The notes: generated from the sequence alone by a model not told the origin. Positions 8,346 to 18,176 are shown, numbered from the stretch's first letter. The stretch is 64,000 nt of DNA from an uncultured Bacteroidales bacterium (GCA_964489545.1 CAZAZE010000001.1:417592-481591); one strand, 5' to 3'. Program-made: numbers and translations.

Positions 8346-9158
8346 TTATAATTCAATAAAATATTCTGATAAAACTTCATCACTTTTAAAGAGAGTTATC
8401 CATTTTCTTTCTCTTGTAGTGTACCTTACACCGGGCTGAACATAAACCAGATTAAATAAATCCGCAAAATCATTACCTTGTAATTTCATATTATGTGACA
8501 ACTCCATTGATCGAAAATACTCATCCCATGTTCGAATAAAAAAATCAAGTTTGGTCCAATTACTATCTTCGACTGGAATTCTAAAATCCTTATGATAATA
8601 ATGGTTGCTGAAAATTGATAACAAATCTGAAAAAAACTTCCTGTGAGATTTAAAAAAATCTTTTTTCCTATGAACTTTCTTACCTCCAGAGTCTTTAATT
8701 ATTTGCCTGATTTCAGGTATCTTAACGTTAAATGCAGAAGTTGTTTCATCTTTCATTCTTCGAATTTCATCAATCTGACGAGATGCTTTTTCAATATTAT
8801 CAATCGGAATCTCATCAATATCTATTTGCATATAAGTGGAGAAACCATCTAACAGCCTGTCATTGGTTGTGTCATTGCTTTCAAAACTTTCGTCGAAAAG
8901 GCTCATCATGTGATCCATGAAATTACTCTTAATGATTAAAGCGTGGTACTGATGCATTGCTTTTAAAGCTCTGACTAAATGCCTGGGATTATTGATAAGT
9001 TTAGATGTTGAGGCAAATTCGCTTATATTAATTCCAGTGCCTATCATGCTATATTTCATTAATGCATTTGGGGAAAAGTTACCATCTGCGATATCATACC
9101 ATATGTTAGTGTCACATACAAGGGGATTTATTAAAAGCTTATTATTGACTTTAATCAT
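8346..9158 (-). CDS. Hypothetical protein, possibly a PIN-like nuclease with a large insert
   Basis: The N-terminal LVCDTNIWYDI matches the PIN first-strand Asp. The C-terminal GNDFADLFNLVYV...RYTTRERKW resembles the distal acidic positions. This is a weak, motif-only call. Confidence 0.3.
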   Translation of the reverse strand: MIKVNNKLLINPLVCDTNIWYDIADGNFSPNALMKYSMIGTGINISEFASTSKLINNPRHLVRALKAMHQYHALIIKSNFMDHMMSLFDESFESNDTTNDRLLDGFSTYMQIDIDEIPIDNIEKASRQIDEIRRMKDETTSAFNVKIPEIRQIIKDSGGKKVHRKKDFFKSHRKFFSDLLSIFSNHYYHKDFRIPVEDSNWTKLDFFIRTWDEYFRSMELSHNMKLQGNDFADLFNLVYVQPGVRYTTRERKWITLFKSDEVLSEYFIEL

Positions 9159-9217
9159 CTGCAGGGATTTGGTTGTAAATTAAATTATGAGAATCAATTC
9201 TTAATAAATTGCAATAA

Positions 9218-11278
9218 TCACATTTCAAAATAATCATCAAAGATTTCCTTGATAGATATAAGTGAATTCATTTTATTAGTCAATTTAATAATCATTTCAT
9301 TTAGCCTTTTTTCTATTTCTTTATATTCATCATTAATTTCATGCAAAAAAGAAAAATCAACTTGGTTGAGTTTTTCAAGACTATTAAAAATTTCAGCTCG
9401 CTCGACAATTAATTTTTGCGTCTTTTTATCGGGAATAGGAATAACCACATTTTCCAGATCATTAGGATCCATTGTAACATTTGTGGCACCGCTCATTAAA
9501 GGGGTAAGTATGATATCTTTATATTCAGAAAGCACCTCAAATAAATATTTTGGGTTTATGTATTCTTCATTTTTCACTTTTAAGACTGCCATAGTATTCG
9601 CGAGAGCGAATTTACCTTCCTGATAGTGCAACCTTTTTATGTCAGCTTTTCCATGTCCAGAGGAAGAAACAAGGGGTACACAAATTCCATTACAATCAAA
9701 CGTGTAATGATCAGATGATTTTCTTTCTTCTGCTGGAACAACCATTGTATAGGGGCCTGGTTCAGTAGCCATATTAGGTGATTGCCCTCTTTCAATTTCA
9801 CAAATGTTGCCAAGCGTATCACTCTGGATTTGGGATGAATTCAAACGTTTAAATAAGCTTTCTAATTTGTACCATCTACCAATCAAGTGATAGTTTTTAC
9901 TCAATTTTATAGATTGTTTATCAACAATATATGAATTACTATTCAAATTAATGTTTTCTAAACTTGCATAATTTATTACAGCTTCTTTAAAATTTAGTAC
10001 AATGTCTTTTGCCAAAGGAATATCATCGTCTTTTATCGCTTCCCGTGTATCAGATTGAGTAAAACCATCTGAATTAATATCAACAAAAAGTACTACATCA
10101 ATTTTTTTTGATAATGCTTTATCAATCAGTAAAACATGTGTTTTAACACTTGCATAAGGTTTAAAAACACCATGTGGAAGAGAAAGAACGCAATAAAGAC
10201 CATTTTCAATTAGTTTGGAGCGTACTTTTTTATAAACGCTATGGTTTACAAATAAAATTCCTTCTGGCACGATTATCCCTGCTTTTCCGGATAATGTTAG
10301 GTGCTCAATGATGTAGTCAACAAATAACAACTCTGATTTTGAAGATGTTATACTAAATCGTTTGTGAGGAATTATTCCACCTTTTGGTGTCATAAAAGGA
10401 GGATTTGCTAAAATAACGTCAAAATACTCATTCCATTTATCATCCCGAGTTAAAGTATCATATTCAGCAATATTGGGACTACTAAAGCCATGTAAATACA
10501 TATTTACAAGAGATAGCCTCACCATATCAGGAGATATGTCTTGACCGTAAATATTAGAATGAAGAGACTTCTTTTGTTCTGGAGTTAACTTGTCCCCTGG
10601 ATACCGTTTTGGATTTTCTAAAGTTCGTTCAGCAGATGATTCAATTTTACTATTGTTATCACCTTTTAACAAATGAGTAGAGTTTTTCCTTAAAATATGT
10701 TTATAGCTGGCAATAAGGAATCCAGCTGTTCCACAAGCAGGATCTAATATTCTTTCATAATGATTAGGCTCAATTAAGTCTACAATTAAATCAATAATAT
10801 GCCTTGGAGTTCGGAATTGCCCAGCATCACCTTGGCTGCCTAAAACAGACAATAGATATTCAAAAGCATCGCCAAGCTTCTCGCTATGGTCATAAGAAAA
10901 ATCATTGATCACCTTCAGGAAGCTCTTCAATGTTTCCGGATCCCGATAAGGCAGGTATGCGTTTTTGAAGATGTCACGGAAAAGTTGGGGGATCTGCGGA
11001 TTTTGGTTCATTTTGAGTATTGCCTCACTGTAAAGGTTCAGCATCTCAAAACCACCCAGGGACCTGTCGAATATTTTTCGCCACGCGTATCGTTCAAACT
11101 CACCCTTAAAGAAATTCCTATCCCCGCCAAGCTCCTCGGCTTCCATATCCATATCATCCATGAATTTATATATCAAGGCAATGGTGATCTGTTCCACCTG
11201 GCTTTTAGGATCGGGAACTTTACCTACCAGGATATCCCTGGCATCGTCAATTCTTCTTTTAGTTGCGTTGTCGAGCAT
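9218..11278 (-). CDS. hsdM: Type I-like N6-adenine DNA methyltransferase fused to a single specificity (TRD) domain (HsdM-HsdS fusion)
   Basis: An HsdM_N-like N-terminus is followed by motif I LDPACGTAGFL and motif IV NPPF (ILANPPFMTPKGG). The C-terminal 250 aa or so resemble one HsdS target-recognition domain plus a coiled-coil tail. Confidence 0.8.
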   Translation of the reverse strand: MLDNATKRRIDDARDILVGKVPDPKSQVEQITIALIYKFMDDMDMEAEELGGDRNFFKGEFERYAWRKIFDRSLGGFEMLNLYSEAILKMNQNPQIPQLFRDIFKNAYLPYRDPETLKSFLKVINDFSYDHSEKLGDAFEYLLSVLGSQGDAGQFRTPRHIIDLIVDLIEPNHYERILDPACGTAGFLIASYKHILRKNSTHLLKGDNNSKIESSAERTLENPKRYPGDKLTPEQKKSLHSNIYGQDISPDMVRLSLVNMYLHGFSSPNIAEYDTLTRDDKWNEYFDVILANPPFMTPKGGIIPHKRFSITSSKSELLFVDYIIEHLTLSGKAGIIVPEGILFVNHSVYKKVRSKLIENGLYCVLSLPHGVFKPYASVKTHVLLIDKALSKKIDVVLFVDINSDGFTQSDTREAIKDDDIPLAKDIVLNFKEAVINYASLENINLNSNSYIVDKQSIKLSKNYHLIGRWYKLESLFKRLNSSQIQSDTLGNICEIERGQSPNMATEPGPYTMVVPAEERKSSDHYTFDCNGICVPLVSSSGHGKADIKRLHYQEGKFALANTMAVLKVKNEEYINPKYLFEVLSEYKDIILTPLMSGATNVTMDPNDLENVVIPIPDKKTQKLIVERAEIFNSLEKLNQVDFSFLHEINDEYKEIEKRLNEMIIKLTNKMNSLISIKEIFDDYFEM

Positions 11279-11281
11279 ATT

Positions 11282-13807
11282 TTAGATGAAAACATTTAAG
11301 GGTACATAATCTTTCACATATTCCGGGATCGTTTCACGCCATTCTTTTTTAACAGCCTTAAAATCATTGATGCTAAAGGTTGGGTTGACATTTAGTTCGG
11401 TGAACTTCTTCTGGTCAATGATCTCCCGAACCTTGTTGTCAGTAACATAGGCCTTAAAATAGTATTTTAGGGCAATAATGTCGTCTTTATCTTCCGGTTT
11501 GCAGGTTGCCAGAAACTTCTCGAATTCCTCTTCCAGGAGTTCATCCTTCGACTTAAAATCGGGTATCAAGCCGAATATTTTTTCAATGATCTCCCGCAGG
11601 GTGATCCGCCGGTCCACATTAACAGCTTTCCGGAGCTTTTCCAGCGTATAGAATTCCTCCGGCTTGTTCATGATCTCTTTTCCTACATAATCAATCACAA
11701 CATCCCACAAGCCCTCCTGGACCTTCTCATTTACCACAGAGTCTGTTTGTAATCTTTCGGTGAACTTCTCGAAAAACATTCTATCGATCTTCATCCCTTC
11801 CAGACCGATCAGTTGTTCTTGCATAGTCTTGATCTTGTCAGGATCGAAAATCTCGGTTATATATTGCGGTGGCGGTTCGGGACCACCACCTCCACCAGGA
11901 CCTGATATGGCCGGAAGTTTTAGAATCTCATCATAATTGAATTTCTCTTCAAAATATTCGCAGTTGGCAAAGAAATCAAATAGCTTAAAGGTTTCTTTCC
12001 TGACATTCCCCACTTCATGTTTCTTTTCTGGATCAACCAGGAGCCTGGAAAAGTTAAAAATCCTGGTACCCCTGCCCTTGATCTGTATAAAGTCAGTTGG
12101 TGAGAATATTGGACGCATAAGGCAAAGATTCAGGATGTCTTCACAATCGTATCCGGTGGTCATCATCCCTACTGTAACACATACTCTGGTCTTACTGGTC
12201 TTATATACCGGATTGAAGAGTCCCTGACCCCCCAGGTTATTATTGGCAAAGTTGATGGTCATTTGTTGTGCCCCCTGGACCAGCGATGTGACTTGCATGG
12301 CAAAATCAGAATTGTACTTTCCCGGGAATAACTGATCCGCCATTACATTTAGGATTTGAGCGATTTTGGCAGCATGGTTCTGGCTCACGGCAAAGATGAT
12401 GGACTTACCAATTTCTCCAGTGATCGGATCCCGCATCGCATTTTCAAGGAAAGTCATGCAAAAGACCCGGTTTGTTTTTTCAGAGAAGAATTTCTTCTCG
12501 TAATCACTATGAGAGAAAGTTCCTCCCTCTTCCTGGCCTTCCTCATTAGTCAAAATAACCGCATAACCCTGATCGGATAGCAGCTGGGTTGTAATATCGG
12601 TCCTGGCATCGATTACTGTAGGATTGACCAAGAATCCGTCTTTAACCCCATCAAGAAGGCTATATCGATATGTAGGCTGTCCACTTTCACAGCCAAACGT
12701 TTTATAAGTGTCGAGAAGTTGCCTGCGTTCCCATTCCCTGGGATCACGGGTATTGAGATCTGATCCTATCTTTTTTAGGTAGTCTTTTGGTGTTGCTGTA
12801 AGCCCCAGCTTGTAGCCAATGAAATACTCAAATACGGCCCGGGCATTTCCCCCGATTGACCGGTGTGCTTCATCGGAAATAACCAGGTCAAAGTCGGTCG
12901 GGGAAAAGAGACGCTTAAATTTATTGTCAATTAAAAGTGACTGAACGGTAGTCACCACGATCTCGGCTTTCTTCCAGTCGTCCCGGTTCTCTTTATAAAT
13001 TACTGTTTTGTAATCGTTCTTGAGGTAATTGTTAAAGGACTTCCGGGCCTGGCTTTCCAGTTCAAGCCGATCAACCAGGAATAAAACCCGGTGTGAATTT
13101 CCTGACCGGAGAAAAAGTTTACAGACGGCAGCCGCCACAAGGGTTTTTCCAGTTCCAGTCGCCATCTCAAAAAGGAATCGGTCACTACCATGCTTAACGG
13201 CATCCTGCAGATACTTCACAGCTTTTAATTGATAATGCCGGAGGAATCGCACTCCACTCTTTTCGAAAAATTCACCTCTTGTTGCTTCATTCAGGAATTG
13301 AGGGTCGTTGTAGTAAGCAGGGTACTGCGTTTTTGCGATATACCCTTCATCTACTGGCTCCTGGATAAGCCTATCCCTGTTTGGGACCAGGGTCTTATAT
13401 CCCTCAACAGAGACCGGGTCCGGGAATTTCGTAATGATATATGGACTGCCCCGGTCAAGATCCCAGAAATAATGCAGGTTGCCATTGGACAGGATTACGA
13501 ACCTGCAGTTCTGTGAACGAGCATAAGTCCGGGCCTGTTCCTTACCAACCAGTGGGTTTTTATCTTCGGACTTGGCCTCGAGAATAATCAGTGGATGCCC
13601 TTTGTCATTCAGCAACAGAAAATCAATGAAACCACTTTTTGTCTTTTCGAAATCATCCCCAAAATCATTGATCAGCTTTTCTGTGATCTTTACATGATTT
13701 TCAAAAACCACATTTGCTTTATGTTCCGGTGTATCCAGCAACCTCCAGCCGGACCCTTCAAGGAGCTTGTTAATTTTAATACGTGCTTTGGCTTCTTTTA
13801 ATCCCAT
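11282..13807 (-). CDS. hsdR: Type I restriction enzyme R subunit-like nuclease-helicase
   Basis: The N-terminal PD-(D/E)xK motif is IDFLLLN...LIILEAKSE. SF2 motifs are MATGTGKT (Walker A), DEAH (VISDEAHRS), TATP and QIKGRGTR. The C-terminal helical domain resembles the EcoEI R C-terminal region. The stop is 3 nt before the hsdM start. Confidence 0.85.
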   Translation of the reverse strand: MGLKEAKARIKINKLLEGSGWRLLDTPEHKANVVFENHVKITEKLINDFGDDFEKTKSGFIDFLLLNDKGHPLIILEAKSEDKNPLVGKEQARTYARSQNCRFVILSNGNLHYFWDLDRGSPYIITKFPDPVSVEGYKTLVPNRDRLIQEPVDEGYIAKTQYPAYYNDPQFLNEATRGEFFEKSGVRFLRHYQLKAVKYLQDAVKHGSDRFLFEMATGTGKTLVAAAVCKLFLRSGNSHRVLFLVDRLELESQARKSFNNYLKNDYKTVIYKENRDDWKKAEIVVTTVQSLLIDNKFKRLFSPTDFDLVISDEAHRSIGGNARAVFEYFIGYKLGLTATPKDYLKKIGSDLNTRDPREWERRQLLDTYKTFGCESGQPTYRYSLLDGVKDGFLVNPTVIDARTDITTQLLSDQGYAVILTNEEGQEEGGTFSHSDYEKKFFSEKTNRVFCMTFLENAMRDPITGEIGKSIIFAVSQNHAAKIAQILNVMADQLFPGKYNSDFAMQVTSLVQGAQQMTINFANNNLGGQGLFNPVYKTSKTRVCVTVGMMTTGYDCEDILNLCLMRPIFSPTDFIQIKGRGTRIFNFSRLLVDPEKKHEVGNVRKETFKLFDFFANCEYFEEKFNYDEILKLPAISGPGGGGGPEPPPQYITEIFDPDKIKTMQEQLIGLEGMKIDRMFFEKFTERLQTDSVVNEKVQEGLWDVVIDYVGKEIMNKPEEFYTLEKLRKAVNVDRRITLREIIEKIFGLIPDFKSKDELLEEEFEKFLATCKPEDKDDIIALKYYFKAYVTDNKVREIIDQKKFTELNVNPTFSINDFKAVKKEWRETIPEYVKDYVPLNVFI

Positions 13808-13932
13808 TCTTTGAACAAGTAGATTGGTTCACCATTCAAATTTAGGATTTTCATTCTTATTAAAGGCTTATGATAGAAAATAATCACGGCTTATATGTCC
13901 AAGCATTGAGATCGTTCATCAAATTCTTTTCT

Positions 13933-14883
13933 TTACCAGTCATCATCATCAATCTCATCCTCCATGGTGCGTTTACTGCTCTCGATTATCGGTGGTATTT
14001 GCATCCTGGGATGTTGCAGGAGGATAGCAAGTTTATGTGCTAATGATTCTTCCATGAGAGACTGGGTTCGTTCTGAAAATCCACTCTGCCATTTTTGCAA
14101 TGATCTGTATTCTTTTGAAAATCTATTACGATGAATGGTTTTGTCTTGTGCAAGCGATGACCAGTAATTGGGATTTGACCACATCTCCAACTTATCATGG
14201 CTAAACCGGCTTACTGAAAACCATGGTTCCAATTTTCGATCCCAATAAAGATTTTCCATCCAGGACTTTAGTAGATGTATACTCAATCTCAATAAACAAT
14301 CCGGATCATACAAATCCTCAATCATACGAAGCCCATACTTTCGAATCTTCCGGTTTCTTAACAATCGTAGTTCGTATCTGAAAAGTTCCGTGGATAACCC
14401 ATATTGCTTTGCTTTATCGTACGCTTTCAGTTGATAATCTTCGTAAGATGCCCGCTTCAGGTTTCCATTCTTAATATCCGCATAACGAAATTCTGTCCTG
14501 TGATGCATATACAGGCATCTAAGTAGCTCTCTTGTAGGAATAACGGGAATGACATTTGCACCTACTTCAAGATTAACCAGGGTGCATTTACAGGTACTCA
14601 AATTAAATTTATCCTTGATATCATCAATTACATTTTTGATTTCCAACCGGTTAAAGTCATCATAATTATGTTTTCCAAGGTTTTTATACTTGTGCAAACT
14701 CCCTTCCATAATCATGATCCCAGAAACATACCTGGTGAATTTCAATCCGTGGTATTCGGCAACCAAATTACCTGACGGTTCACCGGTAACGACGCTCACG
14801 GATTGTTTGAAGTCGAGGAGAGGATTCTTCAAAAAAGACTCCCAATCCGGATCTTCAATTCTGACTTTTACAAAATCAATCAT
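13933..14883 (-). CDS. Rolling-circle replication initiator-like protein (Rep_trans / gene II-like)
   Basis: LKAYDKAKQYG...FRYELRL resembles the YDK...E...RxE(l) core of Rep_trans-type initiators. The ATGA overlap with the upstream ORF suggests translational coupling. Confidence 0.4.
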   Translation of the reverse strand: MIDFVKVRIEDPDWESFLKNPLLDFKQSVSVVTGEPSGNLVAEYHGLKFTRYVSGIMIMEGSLHKYKNLGKHNYDDFNRLEIKNVIDDIKDKFNLSTCKCTLVNLEVGANVIPVIPTRELLRCLYMHHRTEFRYADIKNGNLKRASYEDYQLKAYDKAKQYGLSTELFRYELRLLRNRKIRKYGLRMIEDLYDPDCLLRLSIHLLKSWMENLYWDRKLEPWFSVSRFSHDKLEMWSNPNYWSSLAQDKTIHRNRFSKEYRSLQKWQSGFSERTQSLMEESLAHKLAILLQHPRMQIPPIIESSKRTMEDEIDDDDW

Positions 14884-15164
14884 GGCTGACCTCCTTTCTC
14901 AATTTCATTGAACTTTTGCAGTGCTTTTTCAAATTTTCTAAACGACCAGGCCCAGTAGCCGAATGCCTCATTGTGAGGGAAGATCTCTCGTGGCTCCAGG
15001 AACTTATTGCCGACTTTTCTTGCAGGTTGGATCTTTAGCAGAAAGACCTCGAAATATGACACGGATTCTGTAACCCTTTGCTCGTAGATGCAAGATCGGT
15101 TACCTCTTAATACTTGGACGTATACGAAGCCGTTTTTTCTCAAAATTAGCGGAAGGGTTTTCAT
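14880..15164 (-). CDS. Small hypothetical protein (mobile-element backbone)
   Basis: The C-terminal motif EIFPHNEAFGYWAWSF is paralogous in pattern to ILFEDWDGKQIAWKFGEF in the neighbouring ORF. Confidence 0.45.
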   Translation of the reverse strand: MKTLPLILRKNGFVYVQVLRGNRSCIYEQRVTESVSYFEVFLLKIQPARKVGNKFLEPREIFPHNEAFGYWAWSFRKFEKALQKFNEIEKGGQP

Positions 15165-15209
15165 ATTCGTTCTGATTTAATGTGTTACCAAACTTTATTT
15201 CTATGATCT

Positions 15210-15515
15210 TTACCGGTGATTTTTAACCAATCTCCTAAACTCCCTTTTTGCCGATGTGAATTCACCGAATTTCCAGGCAATCTGTTTTCCGTCCCAATCT
15301 TCAAATAGAATTTGCTCTTTAGCCTCTCGAATATCACCGCCGGGCAATTCGACCCATGTCCTGAAGATTCGACCTACAACATAGTCTATGGGGTCGTCTT
15401 CCTCCATTTTTATAAGTAGGGCGACATTTTTTGATCTTTTGCAGAGTTTCATCTGCTGTCCCTGAAATTCAATGACATCAGGAAGTTTCTCGAAATTTTC
15501 AAATTTTGGTTTCAT
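15210..15515 (-). CDS. Small hypothetical protein (paralog-like of 14880-15164)
   Basis: I prefer ATG 15515 (MKPKFENF...). The track start at 15542 is a TTG. Confidence 0.4.
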   Translation of the reverse strand: MKPKFENFEKLPDVIEFQGQQMKLCKRSKNVALLIKMEEDDPIDYVVGRIFRTWVELPGGDIREAKEQILFEDWDGKQIAWKFGEFTSAKREFRRLVKNHR

Positions 15516-15789
15516 GATTGTTATTTTTAGAATTAGACTCAAGGTAATTCGACAGGTGCTCCAGGTCGTAAAAAATAGTGGTACCGACCTTGGAGTACTT
15601 CAGGGTACCATTTACACGAAGTTTTCGGATTGTTTCAGGGGACGACCAGCCGGTCAGTTTCATCAGCTCCTTCTCACGGATCCACTTAAACTTGATGCCC
15701 AGGTCCTGAAGGATCTTTTTTTGGTTCTCGGTAAAGCGATGTTCGAAATCCTCGAGGTCGCCTTTCGTTAATATCTGGTTTCGGTCCAT
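15499..15789 (-). CDS. Excisionase-family helix-turn-helix DNA-binding protein
   Basis: From ATG 15789 the sequence is MDRNQILTKGDLEDF...WIREKELMKLTGWSSPETIRKLRVNGTLKYSKVG. This is the typical HTH_17/Xis-like pattern of Bacteroidetes mobile elements. Confidence 0.6.
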   Translation of the reverse strand: MDRNQILTKGDLEDFEHRFTENQKKILQDLGIKFKWIREKELMKLTGWSSPETIRKLRVNGTLKYSKVGTTIFYDLEHLSNYLESNSKNNNHETKI

Positions 15790-15906
15790 TTTTGTGAAAC
15801 TTTGCACCGAAACTACAGTAAAGCAAAGGCGATTCAGGATTGCAGGAGGTTGCGCAATCCTCAATTAAATAGTTGATATGAAGGAGGTTAAATGGCCGAA
15901 AATTGT

Positions 15907-16686
15907 TTATTCAGACGGCAATTTTTGAACAATTTGCAGGAGGGCCTTTTTTAAATGATCGGTGTACTTATGATTAATATCCAGTCTCCTGGCGCTTTCA
16001 TAGAAGTTTTTAAAGCTATTGGGGCTCATCCCCTTGGCCCCGGTCTCATGTGTACTAAATGAAGAGGATATGACTTTATAAATTTTTGAAAGTCTGTTGA
16101 AAGGCTCAAGGCAAATAATACCTTGCTGGGTCAACATCCAAATTAGAAGTGCAAATTCCTCGACTGTGATGGACAATCTAATCGTTTCAATTTCGGGCAT
16201 GTGTTTTTCAGTTTCTTTGAAAAACATCTTTTCAAAAACTTCAAAATTAGCTCCAAGGAAGGGCTTCATTTGGATGAGCAGCACTTTCAAATAGGACCGA
16301 AGGTTGCTTTCAAATAGCTCCAGGAATTCATCTTCTTTATCAAAGAGGTCCAATAATGTATAATATCGAATCAACCGAGAAAGTATATTGACACTGTAAT
16401 TGTTTTTGCCTTCCGGTTGCGCCAGGTCTTGCAGATCTATCCTTGATTCTTTAACAAGCCCGCTCAAATCAGATCGGAATTCACCGTTCACAAAATCATA
16501 AAAGTCTTCCGATTGATTCTGATTGTTTTCATCCTTTGCTTCAATACAAAGGATATCATTATGATGGTAAAGTATTGCATCCGGGTAAGAATTGAAATCT
16601 TTCCTGAAAACTGCCAGATTCAGTCTGGATTCTGTAAAAACCTGATCATACTTCTCAAAGAAGTCCAAATGTGATGAAGGTAACAT
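15907..16686 (-). CDS. RteC-like regulatory protein
   Basis: The C-terminal winged-helix-like segment is TVEEFALLIWMLTQQGIICLEPFNRLSKIYKVISSSF. Its position directly downstream of the integrase resembles RteC-domain proteins of Bacteroidetes integrative elements. This call is from memory. Confidence 0.4.
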   Translation of the reverse strand: MLPSSHLDFFEKYDQVFTESRLNLAVFRKDFNSYPDAILYHHNDILCIEAKDENNQNQSEDFYDFVNGEFRSDLSGLVKESRIDLQDLAQPEGKNNYSVNILSRLIRYYTLLDLFDKEDEFLELFESNLRSYLKVLLIQMKPFLGANFEVFEKMFFKETEKHMPEIETIRLSITVEEFALLIWMLTQQGIICLEPFNRLSKIYKVISSSFSTHETGAKGMSPNSFKNFYESARRLDINHKYTDHLKKALLQIVQKLPSE

Positions 16687-16689
16687 AGC

Positions 16690-17934
16690 TTATCCTGTTT
16701 TTGATTTCTTATTTGGTTTACCAATGAGCCTTGACTCTACTTTTGCCATATCCTCACTGATTTTCTGTGCAACGATCTTGGCATAAATTTGAGTTGTCCG
16801 GATATTTTTCTGTCCGAGCATAGCACTGACTGATTCGATACTTGCTCCGTTTTTTAACATCACTGTTGCAAAGGTGTGGCGGGCCAGATGGAATGTCAGG
16901 TTCTTATCTATCTCGCAAATAGCTGCCAAATCTTTCAGGTATGTATTCATTCTTTGATTGGAATAAATTGGCAAGACCCGATCCGTATTGACAACCAGGG
17001 GATGCCCGGCATATTTTTCCATAATTTCTAATGGCATCGGCAACAATGGAATTCTTGCAGTCGTATCCGTCTTTTGCCGGTTAAAGATAATCCAAAGTTT
17101 TCCATCAATACCCTTCACGATTTTATCCTTTGTTAAATTGACGACATCTATATATGCGAGGCCCGTCCAACAGCTAAACAGAAAGATGTCTCTGACTAAC
17201 CTGTACCTTTCGACTTTGACATCCTTGTTCTTTAGTTTTGCAAGCTCCTCCTCGGTCAGATAATCGCGCTTAACCTCTTCGATATTGGCTTTGAACGCCC
17301 TGAAAGGATCATTCAGCAGCCAATCCCTTTCCATAGCAAAATGAATAACCCGTTTCAGGTTTTTGATATACTTCATGGTTGAGTTGTGGTTACAGGACCG
17401 AACAACCTTGAAGTACTTTTCCAGATCGTATGCAAAGGCCAGGGTTAACTTGTTCAAAGGAATGTCCGTTTTATCATATTCATGCTTGAGGAAATCCTTC
17501 ACATGCTGCAATGTCGTCTCGAACCGTGTATAAGTCGCCGGCGCATAATCTACCCCCACCCTTTCCTTCAAGAGCTTGTTATGCCATTCAAAGGTTTCAA
17601 TGAGTGACATTTCCTTCTTGTATTTATCGGTGATCTTCCGAATAATTGATGGACCATCTACGGTTACACCTTCATCCATCAATTCTTTCTGGGCCTTATG
17701 AACGCGATTGATCAGCGAATGAATATAACTGTTGATCTCCTGGCTTTCATCATTTGTACCCCTGGCTTTTCCTGCTTCAGGATTCCATCGCTTGGGCTCA
17801 ATGAAGCGCTTCAGCGCATACTCGGTTCTTTTACCCTCGATGGTAATACGCATATAGATGGGCACTTTACCATCACTCCTGGTCTTTGACTTCAGGGTGT
17901 GGAACAGGATTCCAAAGGTCGTATCAGCTGCCAT
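16690..17934 (-). CDS. int: Tyrosine recombinase / integrase (Bacteroidetes phage-integrase type)
   Basis: There is an N-terminal arm-binding-like domain and a SAM-like domain. The C-terminal catalytic region HLARHTFATVML...MLGQKNIRTTQIYAK contains the R..H-x-x-R..Y signature. Confidence 0.9.
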   Translation of the reverse strand: MAADTTFGILFHTLKSKTRSDGKVPIYMRITIEGKRTEYALKRFIEPKRWNPEAGKARGTNDESQEINSYIHSLINRVHKAQKELMDEGVTVDGPSIIRKITDKYKKEMSLIETFEWHNKLLKERVGVDYAPATYTRFETTLQHVKDFLKHEYDKTDIPLNKLTLAFAYDLEKYFKVVRSCNHNSTMKYIKNLKRVIHFAMERDWLLNDPFRAFKANIEEVKRDYLTEEELAKLKNKDVKVERYRLVRDIFLFSCWTGLAYIDVVNLTKDKIVKGIDGKLWIIFNRQKTDTTARIPLLPMPLEIMEKYAGHPLVVNTDRVLPIYSNQRMNTYLKDLAAICEIDKNLTFHLARHTFATVMLKNGASIESVSAMLGQKNIRTTQIYAKIVAQKISEDMAKVESRLIGKPNKKSKTG

Positions 17935-18134
17935 AACATTTTTTCTTTAAATTTGACTTCAAAATAACACATAAAAAATGAAGAAAACAAAAAGATTTTG
18001 AACAATAAAAAGTCTCACAATAAAATAAATTACAGTAACTTACGTCGTTTCCGGTGACCTGTTTTAAAAAATCAAAACAGGTATCCGAATAGGTCACCCG
18101 GAAAGTAGTTTTTTGATGGAAAACGATGGAAAGC

Positions 18135-18176
18135 CTAAAAAATAATCCCCTCATAATCAACAGATAATGAGGGGAT
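18135..18176 (-). terminator. Rho-independent terminator downstream of ssrA
   Basis: A perfect 10-bp stem forms between ATCCCCTCAT (18145-18154) and ATGAGGGGAT (18167-18176). On the minus strand it is followed by TATTTTTTAGG. Confidence 0.55.
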
